Below are positions 34,755 through 48,061 of a stretch of DNA of 64,000 nt, piece after piece (the first letter of the stretch is position 1; each line of letters starts with the position of its first letter). A program made the position numbers and the translations under genes. Origin of the DNA: Macrostomum hystrix (taxonomy: Eukaryota; Animalia; Platyhelminthes). The stretch spans positions 992,001-1,056,000 of the forward strand of contig CATNEN010000039.1 in NCBI GenBank assembly GCA_950097015.1, written 5' to 3'. The notes under the pieces were generated by a model, which saw nothing but the letters and a program-made list of their open reading frames with translations, had not been told where the DNA came from and ran no database searches.

Positions 34755-35296
34755 GGGGCTCTCTGGAAGGGCAGTCGGAATTTCCACATATTTTCTTTAA
34801 AATAAGACAAAATTCTTGTTTGTACTAGCAGTAGCCGTTATAGGCTAAGAGCAATGGCAGGTTAAACAGCTGTTGAATCAGTTTCTATACACGAGCCGCT
34901 CTGCAAGTCTGTATGTAACTATCTAATGTCTAAGTGAAAAATTAATTAAGTCAGTGAAGTCGATGGCAGCAGTTTGCAGTCACTGTGATAGGCTAGTTGT
35001 ATCTGAACAGCACGGCAACTCAGCGCAGTCAAAACAGTCGGTATAATTATTCTCTGAACTGTATCTAAGCCAGGTGCTCGTAGTCAAAGATGACAAGAAG
35101 CGCAGAAACAGTAAAGAAATAATGCGATTTGCAATAGGCCCGCGGCCAATGCGAAACAATAATGCAGTGCCCGGAGCTTGTGATTGTGCGGTTAGAAATT
35201 AACAAAACAGAAGTACAAAAGAGCACAGTGTTTAATGAGTCCGGCCACTAAGGCTGCATCGGCTGCAGGAGGAATCCTCAGTGGGAATATCTTCCT

Positions 35297-36349
35297 CAAT
35301 CCCTAGCATCTGGACTGATCCCTCAATGGGAAATCATCCACGATCCCTAGCATCGGGACTGATCCCTCAATGGGAAATCATCCACGATCCCTAGCATCGG
35401 GACTGATCCCAGATGGGAAATTACCCACAATCCCTAGCATCGGGACTGATCACAGATGAGAAATCACCCACAATCCCTAGCATCGGGACTGATCCCTCAA
35501 TGGGAAATCATCCACAATCCCTAGCATCGGGACTGATCCCTCAATGGGAAATCATCCACAATCCCTAGCATCGGGACTGATCCCTCAATGGGAAATCATC
35601 CACAATCCCTAGCATCGGGACTGATTCCTCAATGGGAAATCATCCACAATCCCTAGCATCGGGACTGATCCCAGATGGGAAATCACCCACAATCCCTAGC
35701 ATCGGGACTGATCCCAGATGGGAAATCATCCACAATCCCTAGCATCGGGACTGATCCCAGATGGGAAATTACCCACAATCCCTAGCATCGGGACTGATCA
35801 CAGATGAGAAATCACCCACAATCCCTAGCATCGGGACTGATCCCTCAATGGGAAATCATCCACAATCCCTAGCATCGGGACAGATCCCTCAATGGGAAAT
35901 CATCCACAATCCCTAGCATCGGGACTGATCCCTCAATGGGAAATCATCCACAATCCCTAGCATCGGGACTGATTCCTCAATGGGAAATCATCCACAATCC
36001 CTAGCATCGGGACTGATCCCAGATGGGAAATCACCCACAATCCCTAGCATCGGGACTGATCCCAGATGGGAAATCATCCACAATCCCTAGCATCGGGACA
36101 GATCCCTCAATGGGAAATCATCCACAATCCCTAGCATCGGGACTGATCCCTCAATGGGAAATCATCCACAATCCCTAGCATCGGGACTGATTCCTCAATG
36201 GAAAATCACCCACAATCCCTAGCATCGGGACTGATCCCAGATGGGAAATCATCCACAATCCCTAGCATCGGGACAGATCCCAGATGGGAAATCACCCACA
36301 ATCCCTAGCATCGGGACTGATCCCTCAATGGGAAATCATCCACAATCCC
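35297..36349. repeat. 43/44-bp minisatellite
   Basis: Unit ATCCCTAGCATCGGGACTGATCCCTCAATGGGAAATCATCCACA, about 24 copies. Confidence 0.95.
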
Positions 36350-37322
36350 TTTATGTCAACCAATATCAATCTCTATTTTCCCATAGAAAATAAAACTATG
36401 CGATTATAAATGTTAAATAAAGAACACGTTATAGAAATGTCTAGAATTGAGAGCAAATTAAGCGAAGCAATACAACAACTTTATAAGCGGCGTAGTTTTT
36501 AGGAGCTCTGTGTTCTATAGTGGATTCAAGCGAACAGACATTCTACTGACTAAATTAGTAGTTCGCACCAGCATTTTGCTTCGTAAGAAACAGGAGAACA
36601 AAATGGTAGATAAATTAAAGGAATTCTTGTCACAGATTGAGCCAATAATAATTAAGTTATAGCATGAAGATGAATGACCGCGCAGTGCTGTAACAAAATA
36701 TTAATAGAAATAATAAATAAACAAAGACTACAAGCTTCTACAATGACTAAATTAAATCAATAAATCCAGCGGTAGATACTAATAGTAGCTAAATAGAAGG
36801 AAAAACTAGTGCTTTTAATTGTGTCAAAAATTGTACAAACAAGACTGAATAAAAGTGAATGGACTTCAATGAAATTCTTTTCGATTTCTGCTTCTACAAA
36901 CAGGCCTTTAGGAGCTGAGGTTCACAGCACGCTTGAAGATTCGCTGCTGCGAATGCCTCTTCAACAGTTGCCTTAGAAATGTTTTGCTTTATCGACGATT
37001 CTTGCTGCCATCTGCTGAAGGCCCAACCGGGGTGATGACAGCAACGAAGTCTAGGCTAGAGAATCCACCTCTTTCATAATTAATGAGGGAGCTGCAGACC
37101 CTCATGCCGATGAAAAGCAGTGAAAAACATGGCGAAAAACAACAGTAAAATGAGAGAGAGAGAGAGTAAATCATTAACTTTATTTATTTTTTTATAGCAG
37201 TAACTAAGCAATGCTTAAAATATGCGCTAGCTAAACACGACACACAAATTACTTTAATTATATCATAAGCCTGACGCAATGCTGTTGCGGGGTCATCAGC
37301 ACACATCAGACAATGGTTCGAC

Positions 37323-38001
37323 AACATGTACCACAGTTTGCAATGTCTAACATGTTCCACAGTTTGCAATGTCTAACATGTTCCACAGTTTGCAATGTCT
37401 AACATGTTCCACAGTTTGCAATGTCTAACATGTTCCACAGTTTGCAATGTCTAACATGTTCCACAGTTTGCAATGTCTAACATGTTCCACAGTTTGCAAT
37501 GTCTAACATGTTCCACAGTTTGCAATGTCTAACATGTTCCACAGTTTGCAATGTCTAACATGTTCCACAGTTTGCAATGTCTAACATGTTCCACAGTTTG
37601 CAATGTCTAACATGTTCCACAGTTTGCAATGTCTAACATGTTCCACAGTTTGCAATGTCTAACATGTTCCACAGTTTTCAATGTCTAACATGTTCCACAG
37701 TTTGCAATGTCTAACATGTTCCACAGTTTGCAATGTCTAACATGTTCCACAGTTTGCAATGTCTAACATGTTCCACAGTTTGCAATGTCTAACATGTTCC
37801 ACAGTTTTCAATGTCTAACATGTTCCACAGTTTGCAATGTCTAACATGTTCCACAGTTTGCAATGTCTAACATGTTCCACAGTTTGCAATGTCTAACATG
37901 TTCCACAGTTTGCAATGTCTAACATGTTCCACAGTTTGAAATGTCTAACACGTTCCACAGTTTGCAATGTCTAACATGTTCCACAGTTTGCAATGTCTAA
38001 C
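37323..38001. repeat. 26-bp minisatellite just downstream of the ACSL stop codon
   Basis: Unit AACATGTTCCACAGTTTGCAATGTCT, about 26 copies. Confidence 0.95.
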
Positions 38002-38054
38002 ACACTGTCTCGCACAGCTGAATGTGTGACATTCGCTAGTCAACGCGCTGCCGC

Positions 38055-41000
38055 TCAGTCGGAGCCGGCGTACATGCGATCGATAGCCGCCTGGAAGTGG
38101 TCCTGCAGCTGGCGCCGCTTGAGCTTGAGAGCATCGGTCACCAGGCCGGACTCCGGCGTCCAGGGCTCCGAGGTCAGATAGATTCGAGTCGGCAGCTCAA
38201 AGCGTTCCACCTTGTTGCCGGCTTTGGACTGCAGGTCTTTCAGCACGGCCTCCTTGACAGCCTTGTGGTTCAACAGCGACTCGTAATTGTCGCCGCCTCC
38301 GTCTGTGGTGGCAGCCAGGCCCAGCTTCTCGGCCAGCTGCATCACCTGCGTCTTCTTGGGCACCACAATGGCCACGGTGTGGTCTTTGAAGCTGTCCCCG
38401 TAGACGCACAGCTGCTCAACGAAGGCCGACACGCCAAGCGCGGTCTCCACCTTGCCCAGCGAGATGTACTCCCCGCCCTGCAGCTTGACGAGGTCCTTCT
38501 TCCTGTCGACTATCTCCAGAGTGCCGTTGACGTTGAAAAGGCCGATGTCACCGGTGCAGAACCAGCGAACGCCTTCGTCGTCAACAAAGAAGTCCTCTTT
38601 GGTCTTGTCGGGCATCTTGAAGTAGCCCAGGGTGACATTGTTGCCGCCGATGAGCACCTCGCCTCGCGGGCACGGCTGGTCCCGGCAGCTGTAGCCGCCC
38701 TCGGCCCAATCGCGCAGGCGGATCTGGCAGCATGCCAGCGGCGGCCCGGCCCGGCCAGTGCTGATGTCGTCAACTGTCTGGACGGTGCCAGCGCCGGTGG
38801 TCTCAGTGAGGCCGTAGCCCTGCACAATCGGGATGCCGAAACACACGTTCATGAAGCGCTGCGTCTCGGTGGACAGCGGAGCGCCGCCGCTGAGCATCAC
38901 TCGAACCCGGCCGCCGAGAAGGGACTTGACCTGCAGTGGAGCAGTGAGCATGGGATTTGAGCAGAGTAGGAGTCATGGATTGCACTTGACCTGCAGTGTG
39001 AGCATGGGATTTGAGCAGAGTAGGAGTCATGGATTGCACTTGACCTGCAGTGTGAGGATGGGATTTGAGCAGAGAAGGAGTCATGGATTGCACTTGACCT
39101 GCAGTGGAGCAGTGAGCATGGGATTTGAGCAGAGTAGGAGTCATGGATTGCACTTGACCTGCAGTGTGAGCATGGGATTTGAGCAGAGTAGGAGTCATGG
39201 ATTGCACTTGACCTGCAGTGGAGCAGTGAGCATGGGATTTGAGCCGAGTAGGAGTCATGGATTGCTCTTGACCTGCAGTGGAGCAGTGAGCATGGGATTT
39301 GAGCAGAGTAGGAGTAATGGATTGCTCTTGACCTGCAGTGGAGCAGTGAGCATGGGATTTGAGCAGAGTAGGAGTCACGGATTGGATCGCATACTTGTGC
39401 CATGAGTACCTTGTTGAAGATGAGCTTGTCCAGCAGAGGCGAAGGCATGCCTCGCAGCATGCGGTCCTTCTTATAATCAAAGGCCCAGTTAAAAAGCGCC
39501 TTGGAGGCCGCGCCGCCGTCGTTAACCTTCTCCCAGACGTTCTTGGATATGCGGTCCATGATGGCCGGCACGGCTGCCATGAGGGTCGGGCGCAGCACAG
39601 TGATGTCACCCTTGGTGCCCCTCTTGATTTTGTTGGACACGTCGCTGAGTGTGAGCGGGCTGCTGTAGCCGATGGGCACCCCGCCTGTCAGGCAGGCCAG
39701 CTCAGCCACGAGTTCCAGCACGTGGGCCAGCGGCAGGTAGCCGATGTACAGATCGTCTGGCCGGCGGCCGAACTGCGGTATGCGATCGACAGCGCTGGCC
39801 ACCGTGGCCATGAGGTTGCCATGGGTGATCATGACGCCCTTGGGCAGGCCGGTGCTGCCGCTGGTGTACATAATCACGGCGAGGTCGCCGCTTTTCGGCG
39901 AATATTTCGCTTCCTGCTGCTGCTGCTGCTGGCGGCCGAGGCGTTCAACGCTGGTCATGGCATGGAACCGGACCCCGTTGATGTCGCTAAGCTGCTGCAG
40001 GTTGGGGTCCTTGGCGCCGCCGAACACACCGTTGTCCATGTAGATGATGTGCTTCACCTGCGGCGGTGAGAGAGGTGGCATTGTTAATCCCTGTGGGATT
40101 ACCCTGAAGGAACAGCGGGCGGCACTGAATAACTGTGGGATCAGCCTGAAGGAACAGCGGGCGGCACTGAATAACTGTGGTATCAGCCTGAAGGAACAGC
40201 GGGCGGCACTGAATAACTGTGGTATCAGCCTGAAGAAGACAGTGGTATTCAGACGAAACGATAAAAGCGAATCGCAATTGTCTCAATCTCACCTGAGAGA
40301 TCTTTGGCAGCAGGTCCTTGAACTTGGACACTAGACAGTCTGACGTGATTACGACGTCCACTTCGGCCTGGTTGATGCCATAGACAATGGCCTCGTCACC
40401 CAGAGTGGAGTAGAGCGTAACCACGGGGAAGTTGAAGCGGAAGGCGGTGTTGACACAGATCTGCCACTCGGCGCGAGTCTCGGCGAACACCAGGATACGC
40501 ATTGTGGGCTTCATGCCCAGGCTGAGGAGGCCGCGGCCGAAGTTATCGACGCGGATGTTCACCTCCTCGAATGTCTCCCAATGGTAGTCGCCGAAGCAAA
40601 GCTTCTTGAACACCCGGCCGTTCGGCTGACGCTGCCGGTGAGGTAAAAATACGAATTTACATTCAGATCCCTTCACTGACGTTCAGATCCCTTCACTGAC
40701 GTTCAGATCCCTTCACAGACGTTCAGATCCCTTCACAGACGTTCAGATCCCTTCACAGACGTTCAGATCCCTTCACTGACGTTCAGATCCCTTCACTGAC
40801 GTTCAGATCCCTTCACTGACGTTCAGATCCCTTCACTGACGTTCAGATCCCTTCACTGACGTTCAGATCCCTTCACTGACGTTCAGATCCCTTCACTGAC
40901 GTTCAGATCCCTTCACTGACGTTCAGATCCCTTCACTGACGTTCAGATCCCTTCACTGACGTTCAGATCCCTTCACTGACGTTCAGATCCCTTCACTGAC

Positions 41001-43698
41001 GTTCAGATCCCTTCACTGACGTTCAGATCCCTTCACTGACGTTCAGATCCCTTCACTGACGTTCAGATCCCTTCACTGACGTTCAGATCCCTTCACTGAC
41101 GTTCAGATCCCTTCACTGACGTTCAGATCCCTTCACTGACGTTCAGATCCCTTCACTGACGTTCAGATCCCTTCACTGACGTTCAGATCCCTTCACTGAC
41201 GTTCAGATCCCTTCACTGACGTTCAGATCCCTTCACTGACGTTCAGATCCCTTCACTGACGTTCAGATCCCTTCACTGACGTTCAGATCCCTTCACTGAC
41301 GTTCAGATCCCTTCACTGACGTTCAGATCCCTTCACTGACGTTCAGATCCCTTCACTGACGTTCAGATCCCTTCACTGACGTTCAGATCCCTTCACTGAC
41401 GTTCAGATCCCTTCACTGACGTTCAGATCCCTTCACTGACGTTCAGATCCCTTCACTGACGTTCAGATCCCTTCACTGACGTTCAGATCCCTTCACTGAC
41501 GTTCAGATCCCTTCACTGACGTTCAGATCCCTTCACTGACGTTCAGATCCCTTCACTGACGTTCAGATCCCTTCACTGACGTTCAGATCCCTTCACTGAC
41601 GTTCAGATCCCTTCACTGACGTTCAGATCCCTTCACTGACGTTCAGATCCCTTCACTGACGTTCAGATCCCTTCACTGACGTTCAGATCCCTTCACTGAC
41701 GTTCAGATCCCTTCACTGACGTTCAGATCCCTTCACTAACGTTCAGATCCCTTCACTAACGTTCAGATCCCTTCACTGACGTTCAGATCCCTTCACTAAC
41801 GTTCAGATCCCTTCACTAACGTTCAGATCCCTTAAGTGGCATCCTACAGAAAATGATGATTGGGTAAGTAAATCTTTATATATAGAATTGAACCTTAAAA
41901 AAAATGTTTAGCTGCAAACTGAAGCCAAGACGAACTGTCCTGGCGAGAGTTTAAAAGTTCAAAGATTTGAAATCCTTACCACAGAACAAGTGGAAATATA
42001 GAAATATTGATTTTAGCTTTCCAAGCCTATTTTACAAGTCTATAGGAAAGCTATCTACTGACCGTTGAGGTAGCACAGACTGCACAAGAACCTGGCAGGT
42101 GCTGGTTTAGCGAAATGGCAGCGATTGATAATTTGGGAGTGGAATTGATAGTCAGGAGATAATATTGATAATCTGGGGAAGAGATTCATAATCTTGGAAT
42201 GGATTGATACTCGTAGTCTGAGGATGGGATTGATAGTCTAGGAGTTGGATTGATAGTCTGAGGATGGGATCGATAGTCTGAGGATGGGATTGATCGTCTG
42301 GGGATTGGATTGATAGTCTGAGGATGGGATTGATAGTCTAGGGGTTGGATTGGTAGTCTGGGAGTTGGATTGATAGTCTGAGGATGGGATTGATAGTCTA
42401 GGAGTTGGATTGATAGTCTAGGATGGGGTTGACAGTCTGAGGATAGGATTGATAGTCTAGGGGTTGGATTGATAGTCCAGGAGTTTGATTGATAGTCTGG
42501 GAGTTGGATTGATAGTCTGGGAGTTGGATTGATAGTCTGAGGATGGGATTGATAGTCTGAGGATGGGATTGATAGTCTGGGGGTTGGATTGATAGTCTGA
42601 GGATGGGATTGATAGTCTAGGAGTTAGATTGATAGTCTGAGGATGGGATTGATAGTCTGGGGGTTGGATTGATAGTCTGAGGATGGGATTGATAGTCTAG
42701 GAGTTGGATTGATAGTCTGAGGATGGGATTCATAGTCTGAGGATGGGATTGATAGTCGAGGAGTTTGATTGATAGTATGAGGATGGGATTGATAGTCTAG
42801 GAGTTGGATTGATAGTCTGGGAGTTGGATTGATAGTCTGGGAGTTGGATTGATAGTCTGAGGATGGGATTGATAGTCTGGGGGTTGGATTGATAGTCTGA
42901 GGATGGGATTGATAGTCTAGGAGTTGGATTGATAGTCTGAGGATGGGATTGATAGTCTGAGGATGGGATTGATAGTCTGGGGGTTGGATTGATAGTCTGA
43001 GGATGGTATTGATAGTCTAGGAGTTAGATTGATAGTCTGAGGATGGGATCGATAGTCTGAGGATGGGATTGATAGTCTGGGGGTTGGATTGATAGTCTGA
43101 GGATGGGATTGATAGTCTAGGAGTTGGATTGATAGTCTGAGGATGGGGTTGACAGTCTGAGGATGGGATTTATGGTCTGGGGATGGGATTGATATTCTTG
43201 GGATGGGATTGATAGTTTCATCAGGCTGGGGGGATGGTAAAGCTAATCTGGAAGTTGGATTTACAGCCTGGGGAAGGGATTTAAGGCATGCAAAAGGCAG
43301 CATAGCTGCTGGTTGTCAAAGATCCAGGTCATCAAAGAAACCTAAGCTCTAAGCAATAAATCCTGCAGTGTGTAATCCCAGAACCGATCCCTGCTTACTT
43401 CGTCCTCCTCGGACAGCAGCTCCCGGGTGCCCAAGCAGCGCCGGCTCGGGTGCTTGGCCACGGCAGCCCGAAGCATGTCGGCCATGCTGTCAACGGCCAG
43501 CGTGGGCTTCTCCACCAGCTTGTCCAAGGATTCAACGCAGCGCCAGGGCGCCTCCGGATCGTTGCTCAGCCGCTTGGCTCGCACCTTCCGGCTGCTCTTG
43601 GCGACCTCGTCCGGGGCGTACAGGAAGTAGTATAGCGGCCAGGTGATGAAGTCGTACACGTAGGTGAAGGCGCGAACGACAGCGAATAAGATGCTCAT
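38055..43698 (-). CDS. ACSL4: Long-chain-fatty-acid--CoA ligase (ACSL3/ACSL4 family), 4 coding exons
   Basis: Exons 43698-43399 (CLGTRELLSEEDE), 40631-40293 (RQPNGRVFKK...TLYSTLG), 40057-39410 (IMYTSGSTGLPKGV, YLPLAHVLE) and 38930-38055 (QGYGLTET, TGDIG, DRKKDLVKLQGGEYISLGKVE). All phase 0. ACSL3 versus ACSL4 is not resolvable. Confidence 0.93.
38924..39385. repeat. 54/60-bp minisatellite containing the ACSL intron 3 acceptor and exon start
   Basis: The unit on the sense strand ends ...CACTGCAG|GTCAAG. There are 7 extra copies upstream of the true junction at 38930. Confidence 0.95.
40103..40235. repeat. 42-bp tandem repeat (3 copies) in ACSL intron 2
   Basis: CCTGAAGGAACAGCGGGCGGCACTGAATAACTGTGGKATCAG x3. 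Confidence 0.9.
40662..41833. repeat. Near-perfect 20-bp minisatellite in ACSL intron 1
   Basis: GTTCAGATCCCTTCACTGAC, about 58 copies, with variants only at the array ends. Confidence 0.97.
42215..43215. repeat. Second, unrelated 20-bp minisatellite in ACSL intron 1
   Basis: Unit GATTGATAGTCTRRGRKKGG, about 50 copies. Confidence 0.95.
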
Positions 43699-44959
43699 GT
43701 TTGCGAGCGAGTGAGGAACAGCTGGACTCACTGACTTTAGCTGTTCTCAATGCAATTCAATTTACTCTTAGAAGAGAATCGGTCTGCAACACGGCAAGGT
43801 GGCGGTTTGTGTTTAGAAGAGACCAAAGATTAAATTGAGGCCTGGCGCTGAAGCGGCAGCCCTCGATGAACCCCCGGCCGCTCACCGCTACACTGAACTC
43901 GCCCCAACCCGCGGGACTTATCTCTTATCGAATGCAATGAGACCGGACAGACAGATAGTCAATAGGAATCTGCTTTTCACAACGTCGGTCTCAGTCCGAG
44001 GAGGCCTTGCTGGCTCTTTGCTGGTTGAGTTCAAAATTCAAAGTCTGCCTTTGAGACCACATAACCATTAGACTGCAGAGCCGTGCTCACCATTTGGACA
44101 AAAGACAAGAGTGAGCCAAAGCAAGCGCTGACGCCCAGCTTGCCAAACTGAGCAAACCTGTTCGATATGTTCACAGCTTGACAGTCACAGCTAGGACCAG
44201 TTCAAGCAATGCAAAACCTTTATCAAATCAGGCAGACAAGCGAAAATGCTAACAAACACAGTCTGAAAAACAACCGCAGATCCACATAGAAATAGCAGCC
44301 ACAGGTCTACCATTGATGCGATATACCCTATAACATCTCTGAAGCCTACCTGAGCCTACCTGGGGCCAACAAACAAAATGAAATTGAAATTTCATTACAA
44401 TGAAAAGCTAAATAGCCATACAGATCTAGTCAATGGTACAATTAATATACACATTAATTGCCAAAAATCAATCATATGCACGAATGTGCTAGTGTAGGTG
44501 TGTTTATTTGCTGTTGTCCTGCATTGTTCAAATACTAGAATATGCTCAGGCACAATAGTTTCGTCTCGTTTGACACATCTGTCCCGAATGAGGCAGGTAT
44601 GATCAATGGTTATTATTGGGTTATTTAAACCAATTATGTAAAATTAACTAGAATTTTCATATCATTTGATTTGGTGAAACAATTTAAATTCAGTCTTTCT
44701 TACAACAAAGCATCATGATTTTTTAAGAAGTACCAAGGGGGAATTACCACCGACATTGTTTTCTATTGCAATACTGGCACACAATTATGGTGGATTTGAG
44801 TGCCTGCCTGCCCCATTGCTGTGTAGCGTCGCCATGTGTACGCCTGGTGCTTCCCCCTTCTCTATGTGCGTGTTGCATGTGCATTGTGGGGTAGGTGTCG
44901 CGTCAAAGAGATATAGAGAGAGTGCAAGTACGTGCGTACGACCTATCACTAAGCTTTCA

Positions 44960-45535
44960 ATGTAAATATAAAGCAAATGTTGGCCATAAACTTCTAAGAC
45001 TTTTTTCTCTGTCTCAACAACCTCAGAGTAAGAACGACGGTCACCAGATGTGGCCCAGAAAGCCCAAGACCTGCTCAAGACTGAGGCTGAAGAAGAAGAA
45101 ATCGAAAGTGTTCTGGGAGCACTGCGGCTCAAACAGCAGCAACTGCAGACAGCAGATGAAGAACTGGCTGCTGACGTCGACGAGAAAGCTCTTCAATAGG
45201 AGGTGGAGCAAACGCTAGAGTATGACCTGCTGGCAGGAAGGACGATTTCGAGCCTAACCAGACGGCTGCAGACACTTCAAGACCAGCGGAAAAGCAGAGC
45301 ACTATTCAACAGACAGCTGCGTCCACTCCACAACAAGAGCGCGCAAACTTGGCGACTTAGCCGGCGATCATGCTACCGAAGCTGCAGCCACCGTCATTCA
45401 GTGGAGATCGCACTCAGTCGACCGCATTCTGGGACTGCTTCAGCTCAAGCATCCATGACAAGTCTAGTCTGAGTGTCGTAGACAAATTCGGCTGTCTACA
45501 GTCGTGCCTCTCTGGAGAAGCCAGAGACACAGCCC
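44960..45535 (+). mobile_element. BEL/Pao retrotransposon gag fragment (DUF1759-like)
   Basis: LPKLQPPSFSGD...AFWDCFSSSIH...LSVVDKFGCLQSCLSGEA. The upstream coiled-coil remnant is frameshifted. Confidence 0.75.
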
Positions 45536-48061
45536 AAAAATATTCTACCACCGAGATTTACTTATTTGTTGAACATCTGAAACTATTGAAATATTCAATG
45601 ATTCTTAATTTTCATAGATTCCAAATGCATTTAATACATCTAAGCATGTCAATAGGCACTGCACTGTCAGTACAGCTTGACACATGTTCTTTTTACAGCT
45701 TGTCAACCCAACCCCATGTGTCAGCACCTCAGCCGCAGTATCTACTGGCCTTCACATGGCTTGTCAACCCAACCCCATGTGTCAGCACCTCAGCCGCAGT
45801 ATCTACTGGCCTTCACCTAGTAACTTGTTACTAGCCACAACTTCACCACCTAAGTGAAACTCTAAGAAATTCAGAGTTGACACACAGTGACTAGACACTT
45901 AATTGTAAACACAATTTTAATCATGAGCAATGTGCAATCAAGTCCTCAAAATTATACTTGGCTAGTCCATATATCAAAGTAATATTTTATTTCAAAGGGA
46001 CTATTGATAACAGCATGGCATAATTCAATTTAAGTGCAGCAATCAAGTTTATGGACAAAATGGACAAAAATGGACAAAAAAACTTGGTTTACTGAATAAA
46101 ACAAATTGTTATATTTTTGAAATTTAGCTTATTTTTATTGTGAACCCATTTTTAACAATAATGAGGCATGGCTAGCAATAAAATAATTGAAAAGATGTTA
46201 TGCAACTATATTTTAAATCAGCTGGACAAACTTGCTTTTTAAAATACCTAGATAAGACCATTGTTCAAGATACCAATTTTAAGAATAAGGCTAGACAACT
46301 ATCAGATAATAACAAACCTGCTATGATACTATAGCTAGGCTTAAAAGATTATTACAAAACTACCATTGGGTTATGGTTTAAAGCAAAAGCATTATTAAAA
46401 ATCTTATTTGCTTTTTTAATGTTAAGCAAATAAATACCAAACCATTTTTGTGTTAGCCAATGGGTTGGAAAAAGAATATATTTGCTATATTATAATTTGT
46501 GTATTTACTTGGTTTTTCTGATTTAAAAAAATGTCTGACTTTGCTATCTATTAGCAGTGTAAGTTAGGGATGCTAAAGACAATGTGACAAGCTTTTTTAA
46601 CTTTTGTCACACTACTAAGGCATTGAGAGAAACAGATAACTTAAGGCTTATTCCAGTGCTTATTAAACAATCTTCAAAAACCAAAGGAGCTAAGTCAGGC
46701 CTATAGCCCAGATCATATTGTGTGCATGCAAGAAGGAAAATGGGGAAATTTGATTTGCATGCCAAGGTTAGAGAGTTTTTTAATTGCACACTAGTGCACA
46801 CAAATGTGGCATACAGAAACATGTACATCACAATGAAGCTGATAATAGTAATTTATAAAATACATAACATGTTTCACTTAAAAAGACAAAGTTGATTACA
46901 TGTTGCATTTTGCTAAAAGCAAAGCTAAAAGCTAAAAGCAATTCGTAATTTAATTTAAATATAATTAACTATAACTATATAACTCTAACTATAATTCTAA
47001 TTTAACTATTGTAATGATTATTAGTCAATTAAAAAAATTTGAAATATTTATGCTACTGAGAGAATATTTTGTTTTAGTCATGTGAAGTCCATCGTTTTTA
47101 ATATACATTGTACATAAAAGTATGTTAAATATTTTATTGATTTTATACAATTAAAGCTATTTTATTGTATGATTTGTGACTAATAGATATCAATAATAAA
47201 AATATAAGCAACATAATTGATCTATTTTCAAATGTATATATGCACACCATGCATGTCAAGGTGCAAACCAACCCTTGAAACATATATTGATACATGCCAT
47301 GCATGTCTGCCTAAGCAATTATATGTAGGAATTTTCTGGAGTGCACTACATGATCTGGACTATTTAGTCAAGTTTCAGTAGTTATTTTATTTTAAATCAA
47401 TAGTGATTTAGATTTACAAATATAAATAATCAACAACAGTTATAGCAATAGGCTAGAGCATGCCCTAGCATAGCAGCCCATAGTTAGGATCATTCAAATA
47501 ATATCATGACCCCTATTGGAATAAGTTGACAAATTGCATCCAACCATCAGTCACATTTTCAGACTTTTTGGTGTCACATCAGGTTGCAGAATAGAATAGG
47601 GCCTTGACCAGAAAACTCTTGCATGTCTTGGATTGAAGTATATGGCATGTAGATATATATGTTAATTTTTCAAGAGGTTGGCACCTTGGCATGTAGGCCT
47701 ATATATACTGGAGTTATCAATAATCAAATTTTATAATTTAGCTTAGCTTGAAAATGAAATTCACATATTGATTTCTGATTTGCACCCACAATAATTTAAG
47801 CTATACGAGATGCTTTGTAATTTAGTTTTTAATACTAATCATAGATGGCTATTTGCCTAAGTTTTCAAAAGAGTTATAAATTTAGAAAGAGAATTATAAA
47901 ATTTACTTGAATCCTGCCTACTAAAAAATCATGCCTATATTGCCAACAATATACCCTCACCTAAACATTAGGACAACAAAAATAAAACATCAAGGCCCTA
48001 CTGGGCTACCCTCTGCCCCCCCCTAGAGCAAGCAATGCATATTAAATCTGACAAAATGCTT

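Noticed and set aside
44747-45554. TACCACCGA direct repeat flanking the BEL/Pao fragment as a TSD
   Set aside because: A 9-bp length does not fit the short TSDs of LTR elements and no LTRs are present. May be chance or deletion microhomology.
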